Shown here one piece after another: positions 49,724 to 62,774 of a stretch of 64,000 nucleotides of DNA (the stretch's first letter is position 1; each line of letters opens with the position of its first letter). The translations under genes were made by a program, and so were the position numbers. The DNA lies in assembly GCA_902560815.1 (NCBI GenBank), contig CACENP010000003.1:22246-86245 (forward strand), given 5' to 3'. The notes beneath the pieces are model-generated. The model saw only the letters and a program-made list of their open reading frames with translations. It searched no databases and was not told the origin of the DNA. The DNA comes from an uncultured Pelagibacteraceae bacterium (GTDB taxonomy: Bacteria > Pseudomonadota > Alphaproteobacteria > Pelagibacterales > Pelagibacteraceae).

Positions 49724-50380
49724 TTAATTGATATTTAGATTAGCTATTTCGTTCGATTCAAAAACACTTTGTTGAATGTCTTCATTTGCAACTTTAATCA
49801 TTGCATTTGCAACTATTTCTGAGTGAATTGGCTTCATTTTTTTTAATGGCCCTAAAAATAAAGGAGAAAGCAATTTAAACAAAAATATACCTATTTTTTC
49901 TCCAAATCTTTTTTCTTTTCTATTACCCATTAAAAATGAAGGTCTCATTATCCCAAGTTTTGTAAAATTTAACTTTTTTAGCTCCTCTTCAACTTCGCCT
50001 TTGTATCTAAGATAAGCTCCTGAATTTTTTGGGTCTGCAAACCCTGAGGAGACATAGACAAAAGAATTAACAGCATTTGCTTTTGCAATCTGAGCAATTT
50101 CCACAGGCATATCTCTCTCAATTCTTTTATACTCGTTTTTATCAGGTGAGTTTTGTTTTGTTGTGCCAATGCAAAAAAAACAATCATCTCCTTTAATATC
50201 TTCGATATGATTTTTTAAATTATTAAAATCTGCTTTAATTATTTCTATTTTTGAGTCTTCGATTTCAGGTTCTGCACGTACAAATATTTTAATCTTATTA
50301 TAATCATTACTTTGAATTAACTTATTGAATAGATGCCTACCGATTAATCCTGATGAGCCAAATAATAAGGCTGTTTTCAT
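49724..50380 (-). CDS. NAD(P)H-binding oxidoreductase, TIP30/HTATIP2 (YraR)-like
   Basis: LFGSSGLIG, CIGTT, YLRYKGEVE, RPSFLMG.R. Confidence 0.85.
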   Translation of the reverse strand: MKTALLFGSSGLIGRHLFNKLIQSNDYNKIKIFVRAEPEIEDSKIEIIKADFNNLKNHIEDIKGDDCFFCIGTTKQNSPDKNEYKRIERDMPVEIAQIAKANAVNSFVYVSSGFADPKNSGAYLRYKGEVEEELKKLNFTKLGIMRPSFLMGNRKEKRFGEKIGIFLFKLLSPLFLGPLKKMKPIHSEIVANAMIKVANEDIQQSVFESNEIANLNIN

Positions 50381-50383
50381 TAA

Positions 50384-51584
<1,201 letters not shown>

Positions 51585-51608
51585 TTATTCTAATACGTTG
51601 TTTAATAT

Positions 51609-53780
51609 ATGGGAAATACTTATCAAGATTTAATTACAGATATTCAGAGTAAAAATCCAAAAATTAGTGGAAAACTTGAAGGAGGTAAAAAATTCAAAAT
51701 TAAATCTGATTTTAAACCTGCAGGAGATCAACCAGAAGCTATAAAAAAGTTGGTTCAAAGTGCCAATAAAGGAGAATTCAATCAAGTTCTTCTTGGAGTA
51801 ACAGGATCAGGAAAAACCTTTACTATGGCCAAGGTGATTGAGGCAACAAACAGACCGGCTTTAATTTTGGCTCCAAATAAAACACTTGCTGCTCAGCTTT
51901 ACGGTGAAATGAAAGGTTTTTTTCCTGATAATGCTGTTGAATATTTTGTCTCTTATTATGATTATTATACACCTGAAGCTTATGTCCCTAGATCAGACAC
52001 TTACATCGAAAAAGAAGCTTCAATTAATGAACAGATAGATAGAATGAGACATTCAGCTACAAGATCTCTTTTGGAAAGAGATGATGTTTTAATTGTTGCT
52101 AGTGTATCTTGCATTTACGGTCTTGGGTCAGTTGAAGCATATAGCAAGATGACTTTAACATTACAAAAAAATTATGATTACAATAGAGAACAAATAATAA
52201 AATCTTTAGTTGCTCTTCAATATAAAAGAAATGATCAAAATTTTTATAGAGGAACTTTTAGAGCTAGAGGAGAATATCTTGAAATTTTTCCTTCACATCT
52301 TGAAGATAGAGCTTGGAGATTAAGTTTATTTGGAGACAAATTAGAGAAAATTGAAGAATTTGATCCATTAACTGGAGACCAAGTTAGAGAGTTAAATTTA
52401 ATTAAAATTTATGCAAATAGTCATTATATAACTCCCAAACCAACAGTAGAACAAGCAATTATAAACATAAAAAAAGAGCTAGAAGTAACTTTAAAAAAAC
52501 ATAAGGCTGAAAATAAATTGCTTGAAGCACAAAGGTTAGAAGAAAGAACAAAATTTGATTTAGAAATGATAGAAGCAACTGGCTCGTGTGCTGGAATTGA
52601 AAATTACTCAAGATTTTTATCTGGAAGAAAACCAGGTGAACCACCTCCTACCCTTTTTGAATACTTTCCAGATAATACTTTAGTATTTGTAGATGAGTGT
52701 CATGTAACAGTCCCTCAGCTAAATGGAATGTTTAAAGGAGATAGATCAAGAAAGAGTACTCTTGCAGAATATGGATTTAGACTTCCTTCATGTATGGATA
52801 ATAGACCTCTTAAATTTGAAGAATGGGATATGATGAGAACCCAAACAGTTTTTGTTTCTGCTACTCCCGGACCTTGGGAGCTAGAGCAGACAAAAGGTAA
52901 ATTTATTGACCAGGTAATAAGACCTACCGGTCTTATAGATCCAAATGTAGAAATTAGACCTGCAAAAAATCAAGTTGATGATTTAATGCATGAATGTAAA
53001 AAAGTTGTTGAAAAGAATTTCAGAGTATTGGTAACAACATTAACAAAAAAAATGGCAGAGGATTTGACTGAGTATCTTCATGAAAATGGAATAAAGGTAA
53101 GATACTTACACTCAGACATTGATACTCTTGAAAGAATTGAAATCATGAGAGATTTAAGAATGGGAGTATTTGATGTTTTGGTTGGAATAAACCTGCTAAG
53201 AGAAGGATTAGATATACCAGAATGTGCTTTGGTTGGAATTTTAGATGCAGACAAAGAAGGTTTTTTAAGATCTGAAACTTCACTAATCCAAACTATCGGA
53301 AGAGCTGCAAGAAATGTTGAAGGAAAAGTTATTCTATATGCTGATAAAGAAACCAAGAGTATAAAAAAAGCAATCAAAGAAACGGATAGGAGAAGACAAA
53401 TACAGATTAATTATAATAAAAAAAATAATATTGATGCAAAAACAGTAAAAAAAGAAATTAGTGATATTTTAGAAAGTGTTTATGAAAAAGATTATGTAAA
53501 AGTTAGTGAAGGCTCAAACATAGGTGGAAATCTAAAAAAACACTTAAAAGCATTGAATAAAAAAATGAAAGATTCTGCATCTAATTTGGAATTTGAAGAA
53601 GCTGCAAAAATTAGAGATGAAATCAGAAAACTAGAAAGTACAGAGTTAGAAATTACTTTAAATCCAAAAATAAGACAGTACGATGTCAAAAATAAACTCT
53701 ATCCCAAGGGAAGATCAACAATGGGTATGCCTGGAACTAGAGCACAAAAAGGAAAGAAAAAGTGGAAGCAAATAAAATAA
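51609..53780 (+). CDS. uvrB: excinuclease ABC subunit B
   Basis: [47 protein letters not shown]-terminal UVR. Confidence 0.98.
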   Translation: MGNTYQDLITDIQSKNPKISGKLEGGKKFKIKSDFKPAGDQPEAIKKLVQSANKGEFNQVLLGVTGSGKTFTMAKVIEATNRPALILAPNKTLAAQLYGEMKGFFPDNAVEYFVSYYDYYTPEAYVPRSDTYIEKEASINEQIDRMRHSATRSLLERDDVLIVASVSCIYGLGSVEAYSKMTLTLQKNYDYNREQIIKSLVALQYKRNDQNFYRGTFRARGEYLEIFPSHLEDRAWRLSLFGDKLEKIEEFDPLTGDQVRELNLIKIYANSHYITPKPTVEQAIINIKKELEVTLKKHKAENKLLEAQRLEERTKFDLEMIEATGSCAGIENYSRFLSGRKPGEPPPTLFEYFPDNTLVFVDECHVTVPQLNGMFKGDRSRKSTLAEYGFRLPSCMDNRPLKFEEWDMMRTQTVFVSATPGPWELEQTKGKFIDQVIRPTGLIDPNVEIRPAKNQVDDLMHECKKVVEKNFRVLVTTLTKKMAEDLTEYLHENGIKVRYLHSDIDTLERIEIMRDLRMGVFDVLVGINLLREGLDIPECALVGILDADKEGFLRSETSLIQTIGRAARNVEGKVILYADKETKSIKKAIKETDRRRQIQINYNKKNNIDAKTVKKEISDILESVYEKDYVKVSEGSNIGGNLKKHLKALNKKMKDSASNLEFEEAAKIRDEIRKLESTELEITLNPKIRQYDVKNKLYPKGRSTMGMPGTRAQKGKKKWKQIK

Positions 53781-54517
53781 TAATTACCGGAGGTGCAACC
53801 AGAATTGGAGCTGCTATAGCTAAAAGGCTTGCAGGGCGAGGAGTAGAAATTGTTATACACTTTAATAAATCTAGATCTAATGCTGAAAAATTAAAAAAAG
53901 AATTATCAAAAAAACAAACTAAAGTTTATCTTGTTAAAGGAGACTTAAGCAAAGAGCCAGATGTAAATAAAATTTTGAAGTTTGCCAAATCTAAATTAAA
54001 ATATTTTGATTGCTTAATTAATAATGCTTCCTTGTTTGAAAATGATAAAATTGAAAATTTTAGCACTGCTAGTTGGGGTCGTCATTTAAGAACAAATCTT
54101 AGAACTCCTGCTTTATTATCTAAAGAATTTACAAAAAATATTAAAGGAAAAAATAACAATATAATTAATATTATTGATCAAAGAGTTTTTAAACTAACTC
54201 CATATTTTTTTTCTTATACAATAAGTAAAACTGGCCTTTATACTTTAACAAAAACCAGTGCAATGAGTTTGGCGCCAAATATAAGAGTAAATGGAATAGC
54301 ACCTGGACCAACAATAAAAAATAAAAGACAAACAGAAAAACATTTCAAGAAACAATACATGGCTACTCCGCTTAAAAAACAAGTTGATGTAGAAGAAATT
54401 TGTAACGCAGTTGAATTTTTTATAAAAAATAGGTCTATTACTGGACAAGTATTAGCTATTGATAGTGGACAAAATTTAAATTGGCAAACACCAGATATAA
54501 TGAAAGGTAAAGAGTGA
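53762..54517 (+). CDS. SDR oxidoreductase, pteridine reductase (FolM/PTR1)-like
   Basis: [24 protein letters not shown]; adjacent to folB. Confidence 0.85.
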   Translation: MEANKIIITGGATRIGAAIAKRLAGRGVEIVIHFNKSRSNAEKLKKELSKKQTKVYLVKGDLSKEPDVNKILKFAKSKLKYFDCLINNASLFENDKIENFSTASWGRHLRTNLRTPALLSKEFTKNIKGKNNNIINIIDQRVFKLTPYFFSYTISKTGLYTLTKTSAMSLAPNIRVNGIAPGPTIKNKRQTEKHFKKQYMATPLKKQVDVEEICNAVEFFIKNRSITGQVLAIDSGQNLNWQTPDIMKGKE

Positions 54518-54933
54518 AAAAAAATAATCTTAAAATAGTTAAAATAGATAGGAAAAAAAATTTATTTAACTATGAAAAAAAAGTATTAATTAAAGATTTA
54601 ATATTAGATTTAAAACTTGGGTACTTCGATTTCGAAAAACAAGACCCTCAAAAAGTAAAGTTCACGCTTGATGTAAACTATGAAGATAAGAAACCATCTA
54701 ATGATAAAGACATTAAATCAATTGTAAATTATGCTAAAATTGTAAGATTAGTTAAAAAATTAGTTAAAAATAAACATTATAACTTTCTAGAAACACTAGC
54801 TGAAGACGTTTTTGATGAACTATTTAAAGATAAAAGAATTGATAAAATTAGTCTTCAAATTGAAAAATTAGAAATAATGAAAGATTGTTCATCAGTAGGA
54901 ATTCAAATTTCTAAAAAAAGAAGTCATGATTAG
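54514..54933 (+). CDS. folB: dihydroneopterin aldolase
   Basis: [34 protein letters not shown]. Confidence 0.85.
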   Translation: MKKNNLKIVKIDRKKNLFNYEKKVLIKDLILDLKLGYFDFEKQDPQKVKFTLDVNYEDKKPSNDKDIKSIVNYAKIVRLVKKLVKNKHYNFLETLAEDVFDELFKDKRIDKISLQIEKLEIMKDCSSVGIQISKKRSHD

Positions 54934-56761
54934 TTCTGAGTTAGGAAAAGAAGCAATTAAAAAAGAACTTCCATTAATACCTAAACTTCCTGGTGTTTAT
55001 AGGATGCTCAACTCAAAAAACGAAATATTATATGTTGGAAAAGCCAAAAATCTTCCAAACAGATTAAAAAGCTATATTGCAGAAAAAAATCATATAATAA
55101 GAACTGAAAGAATGTTGTCTCAAACTAAAAAAATTGAGATAACAACTACCTCTAATGAAAGTGAAGCCTTACTTTTAGAAGCAAATTTAATAAAAAAATT
55201 TAAACCAAAATTTAATATTCTTTTAAGAGATGATAAATCTTTTCCATTTATTTTTATTGGAAACAAAGATAAATGGCCGCAAATAAAAAGACATAGAGGC
55301 AAAAAAACTAAAGAGGGATTTTATTTTGGGCCATTTGCATCTGCGGGTTCAGCAAATTGGACAATTAAAATGATCCAAAAAATTTTTCATTTAAGAGTTT
55401 GTGATGATACTGTTTTTAAAAATAGAGAACGACCCTGTATTTTGTATCAAATAAAAAGATGTTCTGGACCATGTGTTGGTTATATTAAAAAAGAAGAATA
55501 TAAAAGTTCTGTTGAAGATGCTATTGAGTTTGTTTCAGGTAAATCAAGAAGAATACAAAAAAGTCTTTCAAATCAAATGGAAAAAGCAAGCGAAGTTCTA
55601 GACTTTGAAAAAGCAGTAATATTAAGAGATAGAATTAAAGCTTTAAATATTATTCAGTCATCTCAAAGAATTAATGAGGCAAACTTAGTAGAAGCAGATG
55701 TAATTGCTGGATACAAAGAGTCGGGTAAAACTTGTATACAAGTATTTTTTTATAGATCTAAACAGAATTGGGGTAACCAAGCCTTTTTTCCTAAACATGA
55801 TCCAGAAGAAAAATTGAGTAACATTTTAAATTCTTTTGTTTCTCAATTTTATGAAAACAAAAGTGTTCCGTCTTTAATAATTCTATCAGAAGATATTAAA
55901 GAAAAAAATTTAATTGAAAAAACACTTTCCAAAAAAGAGAGTAAACAAATTAATATTTCTGTTGCAAAAAAAGGATCAAAATTAAAAGTTATTAACCAAG
56001 CAATTAAAAATGCAAAGGATAGTTTGAATAGGAAACTTTATGAAAGTCAAAATAATAAAGAGCTATTTGATTCTGTTTCAAGAAAATTTAATCTTGAAAC
56101 AAATATAAGTCTTATTGAAGTTTATGATAATAGTCATATTCAAGGAACTAACAGTGTTGGAGCTTTAATTGCTTTTGGAGAAGAGGGTTTTATCAAAAAA
56201 AGATATAGAAAATTTAATATAAAGAAAAAAAATAATGAACAAGACGATTATGGAATGATGCGAGAAGTTCTAAGTAGAAGATTTAAAAGAGCAATTCAAG
56301 AAAAAGATAATTTTCTATCATTTCCAGATATGGTAATGATAGACGGTGGCAAAGGACAATACTCATCAGCTAGAGAAACTATGAATGAGTTAGGCTTACA
56401 TGACATACCGGTTATAGCTATTGCAAAAGGCAAATACCGAAATAGTGGTAACGAAACTTTTTTTCATAATGGTAAAGATTATAAATTTGAAAAAAATGAT
56501 CCTACTCTTTTTTTTCTTCAAAGAATCAGAGACGAATCTCACAGATTTGCAATAAGTGCACATAGAGCAAAAAGAAAAAAAGGAATAACAAAATCACTCT
56601 TAGATCAAATACAGGGTATTGGATCTATGAGAAAAAGGGCATTATTAAATCATTTTGGGTCAGCAAGAGCAGTTGAATCTGCGAGCCTAGATGAGATAAA
56701 AACAGTAGAAGGAGTTGAAGAAAAAGTTGCAAAAAAAATATATAACTTTTTTCACGAATGA
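54926..56761 (+). CDS. uvrC: excinuclease ABC subunit C
   Basis: [44 protein letters not shown], HhH. Confidence 0.97.
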   Translation: MISSELGKEAIKKELPLIPKLPGVYRMLNSKNEILYVGKAKNLPNRLKSYIAEKNHIIRTERMLSQTKKIEITTTSNESEALLLEANLIKKFKPKFNILLRDDKSFPFIFIGNKDKWPQIKRHRGKKTKEGFYFGPFASAGSANWTIKMIQKIFHLRVCDDTVFKNRERPCILYQIKRCSGPCVGYIKKEEYKSSVEDAIEFVSGKSRRIQKSLSNQMEKASEVLDFEKAVILRDRIKALNIIQSSQRINEANLVEADVIAGYKESGKTCIQVFFYRSKQNWGNQAFFPKHDPEEKLSNILNSFVSQFYENKSVPSLIILSEDIKEKNLIEKTLSKKESKQINISVAKKGSKLKVINQAIKNAKDSLNRKLYESQNNKELFDSVSRKFNLETNISLIEVYDNSHIQGTNSVGALIAFGEEGFIKKRYRKFNIKKKNNEQDDYGMMREVLSRRFKRAIQEKDNFLSFPDMVMIDGGKGQYSSARETMNELGLHDIPVIAIAKGKYRNSGNETFFHNGKDYKFEKNDPTLFFLQRIRDESHRFAISAHRAKRKKGITKSLLDQIQGIGSMRKRALLNHFGSARAVESASLDEIKTVEGVEEKVAKKIYNFFHE

Positions 56762-57336
56762 AAATTCCAAATTATTTAACAATAGGTAGGATTATAATTG
56801 TTCCTATATTTGTTTTTACATATTACTTGCCTGGTTTCTATGGAGATGTAATACCTTTTGCGTTATTTGTTTTAGCTTCATTTACTGATTTTTTAGATGG
56901 TTTATTGGCAAGAATGTATAAGGAAGAATCTAAATTAGGAGAATTATTAGATCCAATAGCTGATAAAATTATAGTAGCAACAGCTTTAATTTTGTTAGTT
57001 ATGGATGGAACAATAAAAAATTATGAAGTAATCGCTGCAATAATAATTTTAACTAGAGAAATATTAATTTCTGGATTAAGAGAATTTTTAGCGAAAGGAA
57101 AAATTAATCTTCCTGTGTCAAGTCTAGCTAAAGCTAAAACATTTTTACAAATGATTGCAATTTCAGTTTTATTAACCGGTGAAACTGGAAATAAAATTAT
57201 TAATTTTCAAGATTATAATGCACAAACCATAGGTATAATTTTACTTTGGCTATCTGCATTTTTAACTCTATACACTGGTTATGAATATTTAAGAAAAGGT
57301 ATAGATCACGCAATATCTGAGGATGAGAAAAACTAA
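56758..57336 (+). CDS. pgsA: CDP-diacylglycerol--glycerol-3-phosphate phosphatidyltransferase
   Basis: [18 protein letters not shown]...G..LDPIADK; follows uvrC. Confidence 0.94.
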   Translation: MKIPNYLTIGRIIIVPIFVFTYYLPGFYGDVIPFALFVLASFTDFLDGLLARMYKEESKLGELLDPIADKIIVATALILLVMDGTIKNYEVIAAIIILTREILISGLREFLAKGKINLPVSSLAKAKTFLQMIAISVLLTGETGNKIINFQDYNAQTIGIILLWLSAFLTLYTGYEYLRKGIDHAISEDEKN

Positions 57337-58214
57337 GCCGCTCTCTTTTTTCTAACTAACTTTTCATAACTAGAGGACAGGTCCAAGATTAAATTACAAA
57401 CTTTATAGTTATTTTCGAGGATTTTTGAAACTGGCGTTACTTCGGCTGCGGTACCAGTTAAAAAACATCCAACAAAACTTGAAAGTTCTTTTGGTGATAT
57501 TTTTCTTTCATTAACTTTAATATTTTTAGATTTTGCTATTTCAATTACAGTTCTTCTTGTTATTCCATCTAAAAAACTATCAGGTATTGGTGTATGTAAT
57601 TCTCCATTTTTATCTTTAAAAAAAATATTTGCTCCTGTTGCCTCAGCTATATTTCCTTCATGATCAAGCATTAATGAATCTGTGTATCCTTCTCTTTCTG
57701 CTTCATGCTTTGAAAGGGTACAGATCATATATAATCCCGAAGCTTTAGTATCCCAAGGTATAGTGTTAGGAGCAGGTCTTCTCCATTTAGAAATATTTAG
57801 TTTTATTCCTTCAGTTTTTAACTTTGGATCAAAATATGTTCCCCATTCCCAAGTTGTTATTGCTACATGAATTTTTGTTTTTTGTGCTGATACTGCCATC
57901 ATTTCACTTCCTCTCCAGACAAATGGTCTTACATATCCATTTTGAACATTTTGAACTGAAACAATTTTTTTAGTAGCCTGATTAATTTCTTCTTCAGAAT
58001 ATGGAATTTTAATATCCATTCTTTTTGCTGAATGAAAAAGTCTATCAGTGTGATCTTCTAATTTAAATATTTCTCCGTCGTAAACTCTTAATCCTTCAAA
58101 TACACAGCTAGCATAATGAAGCCCATGACTTAAAACATGCAATTTCACATTATTCCAATCAACTAATTCGTTGTTGTACCAGATTTTTCCTTCTCGTTGG
58201 TCGTAGGCTTTCAT
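57333..58214 (-). CDS. ilvE: branched-chain amino acid aminotransferase
   Basis: HGLHYASCVFEG, YVRP, KASGLY, EATGANIF, LDGITR, TGTAAEVTP. Confidence 0.95.
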   Translation of the reverse strand: MKAYDQREGKIWYNNELVDWNNVKLHVLSHGLHYASCVFEGLRVYDGEIFKLEDHTDRLFHSAKRMDIKIPYSEEEINQATKKIVSVQNVQNGYVRPFVWRGSEMMAVSAQKTKIHVAITTWEWGTYFDPKLKTEGIKLNISKWRRPAPNTIPWDTKASGLYMICTLSKHEAEREGYTDSLMLDHEGNIAEATGANIFFKDKNGELHTPIPDSFLDGITRRTVIEIAKSKNIKVNERKISPKELSSFVGCFLTGTAAEVTPVSKILENNYKVCNLILDLSSSYEKLVRKKRAA

Positions 58215-58291
58215 TTAGATTTAATTTTTAGATTTAATTTATTTAAAAAAATATCTTTGTATGTAGAATATGTCAATATAACTTACCAATT

Positions 58292-58735
58292 ATGAAAGAA
58301 CTTTTATATTTAAAGGATGATCAATTAAAAGAATTCATTGAAAAAATACATATGAGTTACAGAGAAACCTTCTCTGATGCTAAAAAAGTTCTAGATAAAT
58401 ATTCTATTGGAGTGGCCCACCACAAGGTCATTAATCTTATTTCTTTATATGAAGGCATAACTATATCAGAACTTTTAAAGAAACTTAAAATAACTAAACA
58501 AAGTTTAAATAGAGTTTTAAAAGATTTAATAAAACTAGAAATTATTTATTTTAAGAAAGGACAAAAAGATACAAGATTAAAACATGTATATTTAAATGAA
58601 AAAGGAATAAAATTATTTGATGAAGTTTTTAATGTACAAAAAAAAAGAATTTATAATGCGCTTATAAATTCTAGCTCAAAAGAAGTAATAAATTTTAACA
58701 ACATATTAAATAAAATAATTGATGAAAAAATTTGA
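58292..58735 (+). CDS. MarR family transcriptional regulator (PetP-like)
   Basis: ITISELL..LKITKQSLNRVLK winged HTH, DTRLKHVYL. Confidence 0.88.
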   Translation: MKELLYLKDDQLKEFIEKIHMSYRETFSDAKKVLDKYSIGVAHHKVINLISLYEGITISELLKKLKITKQSLNRVLKDLIKLEIIYFKKGQKDTRLKHVYLNEKGIKLFDEVFNVQKKRIYNALINSSSKEVINFNNILNKIIDEKI

Positions 58736-59399
58736 AGCACATATTCTAGTAGTTGATGATGATGACAGAATTAGAGATTTAGTTAAACAATATTTAAATG
58801 AAAATAATTATTTTGTTTCAACAGCAATTAATGCTGAGGATGCGCAAGAAAAAGTAAATACAATTAAATTTGATTTGATAGTTTTGGATATAATGATGCC
58901 GGGCAAAAGTGGACTAGATTTTACTGAAGAAAATAAAAATAAAATTTATACTCCAATTATTCTACTTACTGCAAAAGGAGAGGCTGATGAAAGAGTGCAT
59001 GGTTTAGAAGTTGGAGCTGATGACTATCTTTCAAAACCATTTGAACCTAAAGAACTATTGTTAAGAATAAAAAATATTTTAAATAAAACAAAATCGAAAA
59101 ATATTAAAAGATTGATAGAATTTGGAAATGTAAAAATTAATCTGAATAAACATATAATACTAAAAAATAATAAAGAGTATAAAATCAATAGCACTGAAAA
59201 AACTATTTTAGAAGCAATGATTAATTCTCCAGGCAAATCTTTTTCAAGGGAAGAAATTGGAAAAATTATAAATTTAGACAAAGAAAGATCTGTAGATGTA
59301 ATAATCACAAGGCTTAGGAAAAAAATTGAGCAAAATCCAAAAAATCCAAAATATTTACAAACTTTAAGGGGTGAAGGTTATGTTTTATGGATTGAGTAA
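58719..59399 (+). CDS. ompR: OmpR-family response regulator
   Basis: VVDDD, LDIMMPG, LLTAKG, GADDYLSKPF, RSVDV.I.RLRKKIE. Confidence 0.88.
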   Translation: MMKKFEAHILVVDDDDRIRDLVKQYLNENNYFVSTAINAEDAQEKVNTIKFDLIVLDIMMPGKSGLDFTEENKNKIYTPIILLTAKGEADERVHGLEVGADDYLSKPFEPKELLLRIKNILNKTKSKNIKRLIEFGNVKINLNKHIILKNNKEYKINSTEKTILEAMINSPGKSFSREEIGKIINLDKERSVDVIITRLRKKIEQNPKNPKYLQTLRGEGYVLWIE

Positions 59400-60699
59400 A
59401 TATCTAAAAAAAATTTTACCCAAACAATTATTTTATAGAAGTTTAATAATTGTTGCTGCACCAATTATTATTATGCAAATTACAATTTCAATTGTGTTTT
59501 TTGATAGCTTATGGATTAAAACTAATAAAGGAATGACTAAAGCTTTGGTAAACGAAATTAGTACTTTTGTAGAAGTTTATAATAATAAAAACTATGACAA
59601 AGAAGAAACTACTAATCTATTTTCTGTTTACCAAGATTTAAATATAGAATTTATTCAAGATGAAAATTTTAATTATAATTTTGATGAAAGATGGTTTAGT
59701 CCAATAGATAGAACGCTCAGAAGAGAATTAAAATCAAGATTTGGGTCTGATGAATTTTGGTTTAATACCACAAGTTATAAAGAATTGATTGATTTAAGAA
59801 TTAAATATCAATCTGGATATTTTAAATTTTTAATACCTAGAGATAGAGTAACAAGTTCATCAGCAAGAATATTTGCATTGTGGATAACATTGCCTGCCAT
59901 TCTTGTAATATTTATTGCTATACTGTTTTTAAAAAATCAAACCAGACCCATAACAAAATTAGCAGAAGCGTCTGAAAGGTTCGGTAGAGGAGAAGATGTT
60001 GAAGAATATAGGCCTTCTGGAGCATTAGAAATAAGAAAAGCAGGATTAGAATTTGACAGAATGAGAAAACGAATTCTAAGACATTTAAATCAAAGATCAG
60101 AGATGCTTTCAGGGATAAGCCATGACTTAAGAACACCCTTAACAAGAATTAAACTTCAGTTAGCGTTTATTAAAGATAAAGAAATTTCAAATAAACTCTC
60201 AAATGATGTTGATGAAATGGAAAAAATGCTTAATGAATATTTACAATTTTCTAAATCAAATTTTACAGAAAAAAGTGAAAAATTTAACTTGTCAGAACTA
60301 ATTTTATCAATTGTAAAAAAATATGAAAATGAAAATATTTTAGTTGATAAACAGAGTGAAATTTTTTTTACTGGAAGAAAAAACCTTATAAAAAGATGCC
60401 TTAACAATTTACTCGATAATGCAGTTAATTTCTCAAAAAATATTAAAGTAAAAAATCAAAAAATAAAAAGAAGTGTATTAATTTTTATAGAAGATGATGG
60501 CCCTGGTATCCCTCCTTCTGAGTATGAAAATGTATTTAAACCTTTCTATAAAGTCGATAAAAGTAGAAACCAAAAAAAGTCTAGTGTTGGCTTAGGTCTA
60601 TCTATTGCTTCAGATATTATTCGGTCACACGGGGGAGATATTGAACTTGGAAAATCTGAAATGGGAGGATTAAAAATTAAGATTTTTTTGCCCGTTTAA
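59371..60699 (+). CDS. envZ: EnvZ-like sensor histidine kinase
   Basis: 2 TMs, HAMP, SHDLRTPLTR, NLLDNA, DDGPGI, GLGLSI. Confidence 0.88.
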   Translation: MKVMFYGLSKYLKKILPKQLFYRSLIIVAAPIIIMQITISIVFFDSLWIKTNKGMTKALVNEISTFVEVYNNKNYDKEETTNLFSVYQDLNIEFIQDENFNYNFDERWFSPIDRTLRRELKSRFGSDEFWFNTTSYKELIDLRIKYQSGYFKFLIPRDRVTSSSARIFALWITLPAILVIFIAILFLKNQTRPITKLAEASERFGRGEDVEEYRPSGALEIRKAGLEFDRMRKRILRHLNQRSEMLSGISHDLRTPLTRIKLQLAFIKDKEISNKLSNDVDEMEKMLNEYLQFSKSNFTEKSEKFNLSELILSIVKKYENENILVDKQSEIFFTGRKNLIKRCLNNLLDNAVNFSKNIKVKNQKIKRSVLIFIEDDGPGIPPSEYENVFKPFYKVDKSRNQKKSSVGLGLSIASDIIRSHGGDIELGKSEMGGLKIKIFLPV

Positions 60700-60931
60700 T
60701 TTTTTTTTTCTTTTTTAATTTTTCTAATAATTCAACTTTTTTTTCTAATTTTTCTACTCTCTTATTTAAAATATCAGTTTCATCCTTGCTGGTAAGTCTC
60801 ATTTTGAATACTATTTCATCTCTTTGTGACTTTAATATATTTAAGATTTCACTACCTAAATCTTTAGAAGTCAAAAGGCCTTGTTCAAAAAGTTTAGCAA
60901 ATTTATCAATAACAAATCTAGATTTTGACAT
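60677..60931 (-). CDS. UbiK-like accessory factor (coiled coil)
   Basis: LTSKDE...L..RVEKLEK pattern; divergent from lgt, as is typical in Alphaproteobacteria. Confidence 0.65.
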   Translation of the reverse strand: MSKSRFVIDKFAKLFEQGLLTSKDLGSEILNILKSQRDEIVFKMRLTSKDETDILNKRVEKLEKKVELLEKLKKKKKIKRAKKS

Positions 60932-60968
60932 ATATTTTATTAATAATTTAAAATAATATATTTACAAT

Positions 60969-61733
60969 ATGTTTATCAATAATTTTGACCCTATTGCTCT
61001 TCACTTTTTTTCTTTAGAAATAAGATGGTACTCATTATCTTATATTTTTGGAATAATATTTGCCTGGTTATATTGTAAAAAATTTTTAATAAAAGATGAA
61101 AAAATCTTAAATCTATTTGATGATTTAATTTCATATATAATTATTGGTATAATTTTAGGTGGAAGATTAGGTTATGTAATTTTCTATAATTTTAGTTATT
61201 ACTCAAAAAACTTATTGGAAATTTTCATGATATGGGAAGGTGGTATGTCATTCCATGGAGGTTTGATTGGGGTAATTATTGCAACATATATTTTTAGTAA
61301 GAAAAATAATATAAATTCATTTTTATTCCTTGATTTAATTTCAATGTCTGCCCCTATTGGAATTTTTTTAGGAAGAGTTGCTAATTTTATAAATTCTGAA
61401 CTTTATGGAAGAGAAACTGATTTATTTTGGTCTGTGAAATTTGAAAAAATAGATAATGCTTCTAGGCACCCTTCTCAAATTTACGAAGCAATTTTTGAAG
61501 GAATAATATTGTTTATATTGTTAAATTTCATATTTAAAAAACTAATTTATAAATCTCCAGGTTTTATTTCTGCTCTATTTTTAATTTTTTATTCTTTATT
61601 TAGATTTTTTATTGAATTTACCAGAGAACCAGATTTTCAAATCGGTTACATTTTATTTAATTTAACATTTGGTCAGATTTTATGCTTTTTCTTCTTCATG
61701 TTTGGGTTAATTTTATTTTATAAAAAAAAATGA
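60969..61733 (+). CDS. lgt: prolipoprotein diacylglyceryl transferase
   Basis: IRWYSLSY, GGRLGY, GGMSFHGG, GRVANFINSELYGR, HPSQIYE. Confidence 0.96.
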   Translation: MFINNFDPIALHFFSLEIRWYSLSYIFGIIFAWLYCKKFLIKDEKILNLFDDLISYIIIGIILGGRLGYVIFYNFSYYSKNLLEIFMIWEGGMSFHGGLIGVIIATYIFSKKNNINSFLFLDLISMSAPIGIFLGRVANFINSELYGRETDLFWSVKFEKIDNASRHPSQIYEAIFEGIILFILLNFIFKKLIYKSPGFISALFLIFYSLFRFFIEFTREPDFQIGYILFNLTFGQILCFFFFMFGLILFYKKK

Positions 61734-62773
61734 ACCTAAATAAAAATTTTTTTCCACTAGACAAATTTATGCACGAAGCTTTGTATAATCGAAAAAATGG
61801 TTTTTATATGAAAAAAAATCCATTCGGAATCAAGGGCGATTTTATAACTTCTCCAAATATATCAATACTTTTTTCGGAAATGTTATCAATTTGGACAATT
61901 TCATTTTGGAAAAATATTAAAAGTCCAAAACAAATTAATCTTATAGAGCTTGGTGCTGGAAATGGACAAATGGTTTATGACATGATTAATTCATTTAAAA
62001 ATTTCCCAGAGTTTTATAAGTCTTGCAAGTTTATCATTTTAGAAAAAAGTCCTTATCTAAAAAAAATTCAAAAAAAAAAATTAAAAAATTTTAAGATTAA
62101 ATGGATAAAAAACTTAAGTGAAATTCGAGAAGGTATTAATATATTTATCGCAAATGAATTTTTTGATTCTCTTCCTGTTAAACAATTTTTTAAAATTAAT
62201 AATAAATGGATTGAACGATATGTTAAATTAGATAAAAAGAACAATAAAAGCTTCATCAATATCAATTTAGATATAAAAAAAATTGAAAAAAAGTTAGGTT
62301 TTAAAATATCAAATAATCAAAAAGTTATTGAATACTCACCTGTGGCTTTAGAATATCTTAAAAGTATTTCAAAAAAAATAAATAACAAAAAAGGTGCGCT
62401 ATTGATTATTGATTATGGATATTTAGAAAATTCAATGAAAGATACTTTAATGGCAATAAAAAAACATAAAATCACAGATCTATTTAAAGAATTTGGCAAT
62501 TCAGATATTACCTACAATCTAAACTATAAATTATTAAAAAAAATTACAAATATTTTAAAACTTAAATGCCAAGGAATAACAACGCAGAGAAATTTTTTAT
62601 TAAATCTTGGAATACAACAAAGAGCAGAAATAATATCTAGAAACTTACCTTTTTCAAGAAAAGCAGATATTTATTACCGTTTAAAAAGATTAATTGATAA
62701 AAATCAAATGGGTGATTTATTTAAAGTTATGTTAATCACAGATAAAAGAATAAATTTTAATTTAGGATTTTGA
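61730..62773 (+). CDS. SAM-dependent methyltransferase, NDUFAF7/MidA family
   Basis: GDFITSPNIS, ELGAGNG, ANEFFDSLP, IDYG, DIT, MGDLFK. Confidence 0.9.
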   Translation: MNLNKNFFPLDKFMHEALYNRKNGFYMKKNPFGIKGDFITSPNISILFSEMLSIWTISFWKNIKSPKQINLIELGAGNGQMVYDMINSFKNFPEFYKSCKFIILEKSPYLKKIQKKKLKNFKIKWIKNLSEIREGINIFIANEFFDSLPVKQFFKINNKWIERYVKLDKKNNKSFININLDIKKIEKKLGFKISNNQKVIEYSPVALEYLKSISKKINNKKGALLIIDYGYLENSMKDTLMAIKKHKITDLFKEFGNSDITYNLNYKLLKKITNILKLKCQGITTQRNFLLNLGIQQRAEIISRNLPFSRKADIYYRLKRLIDKNQMGDLFKVMLITDKRINFNLGF

Positions 62774-62774
62774 A

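Noticed and set aside
58268-58290. Possible MarR operator (tatgtcaatataacttacc) before the marR gene
   Set aside because: Only one good half-site; the palindrome is too degenerate to call.
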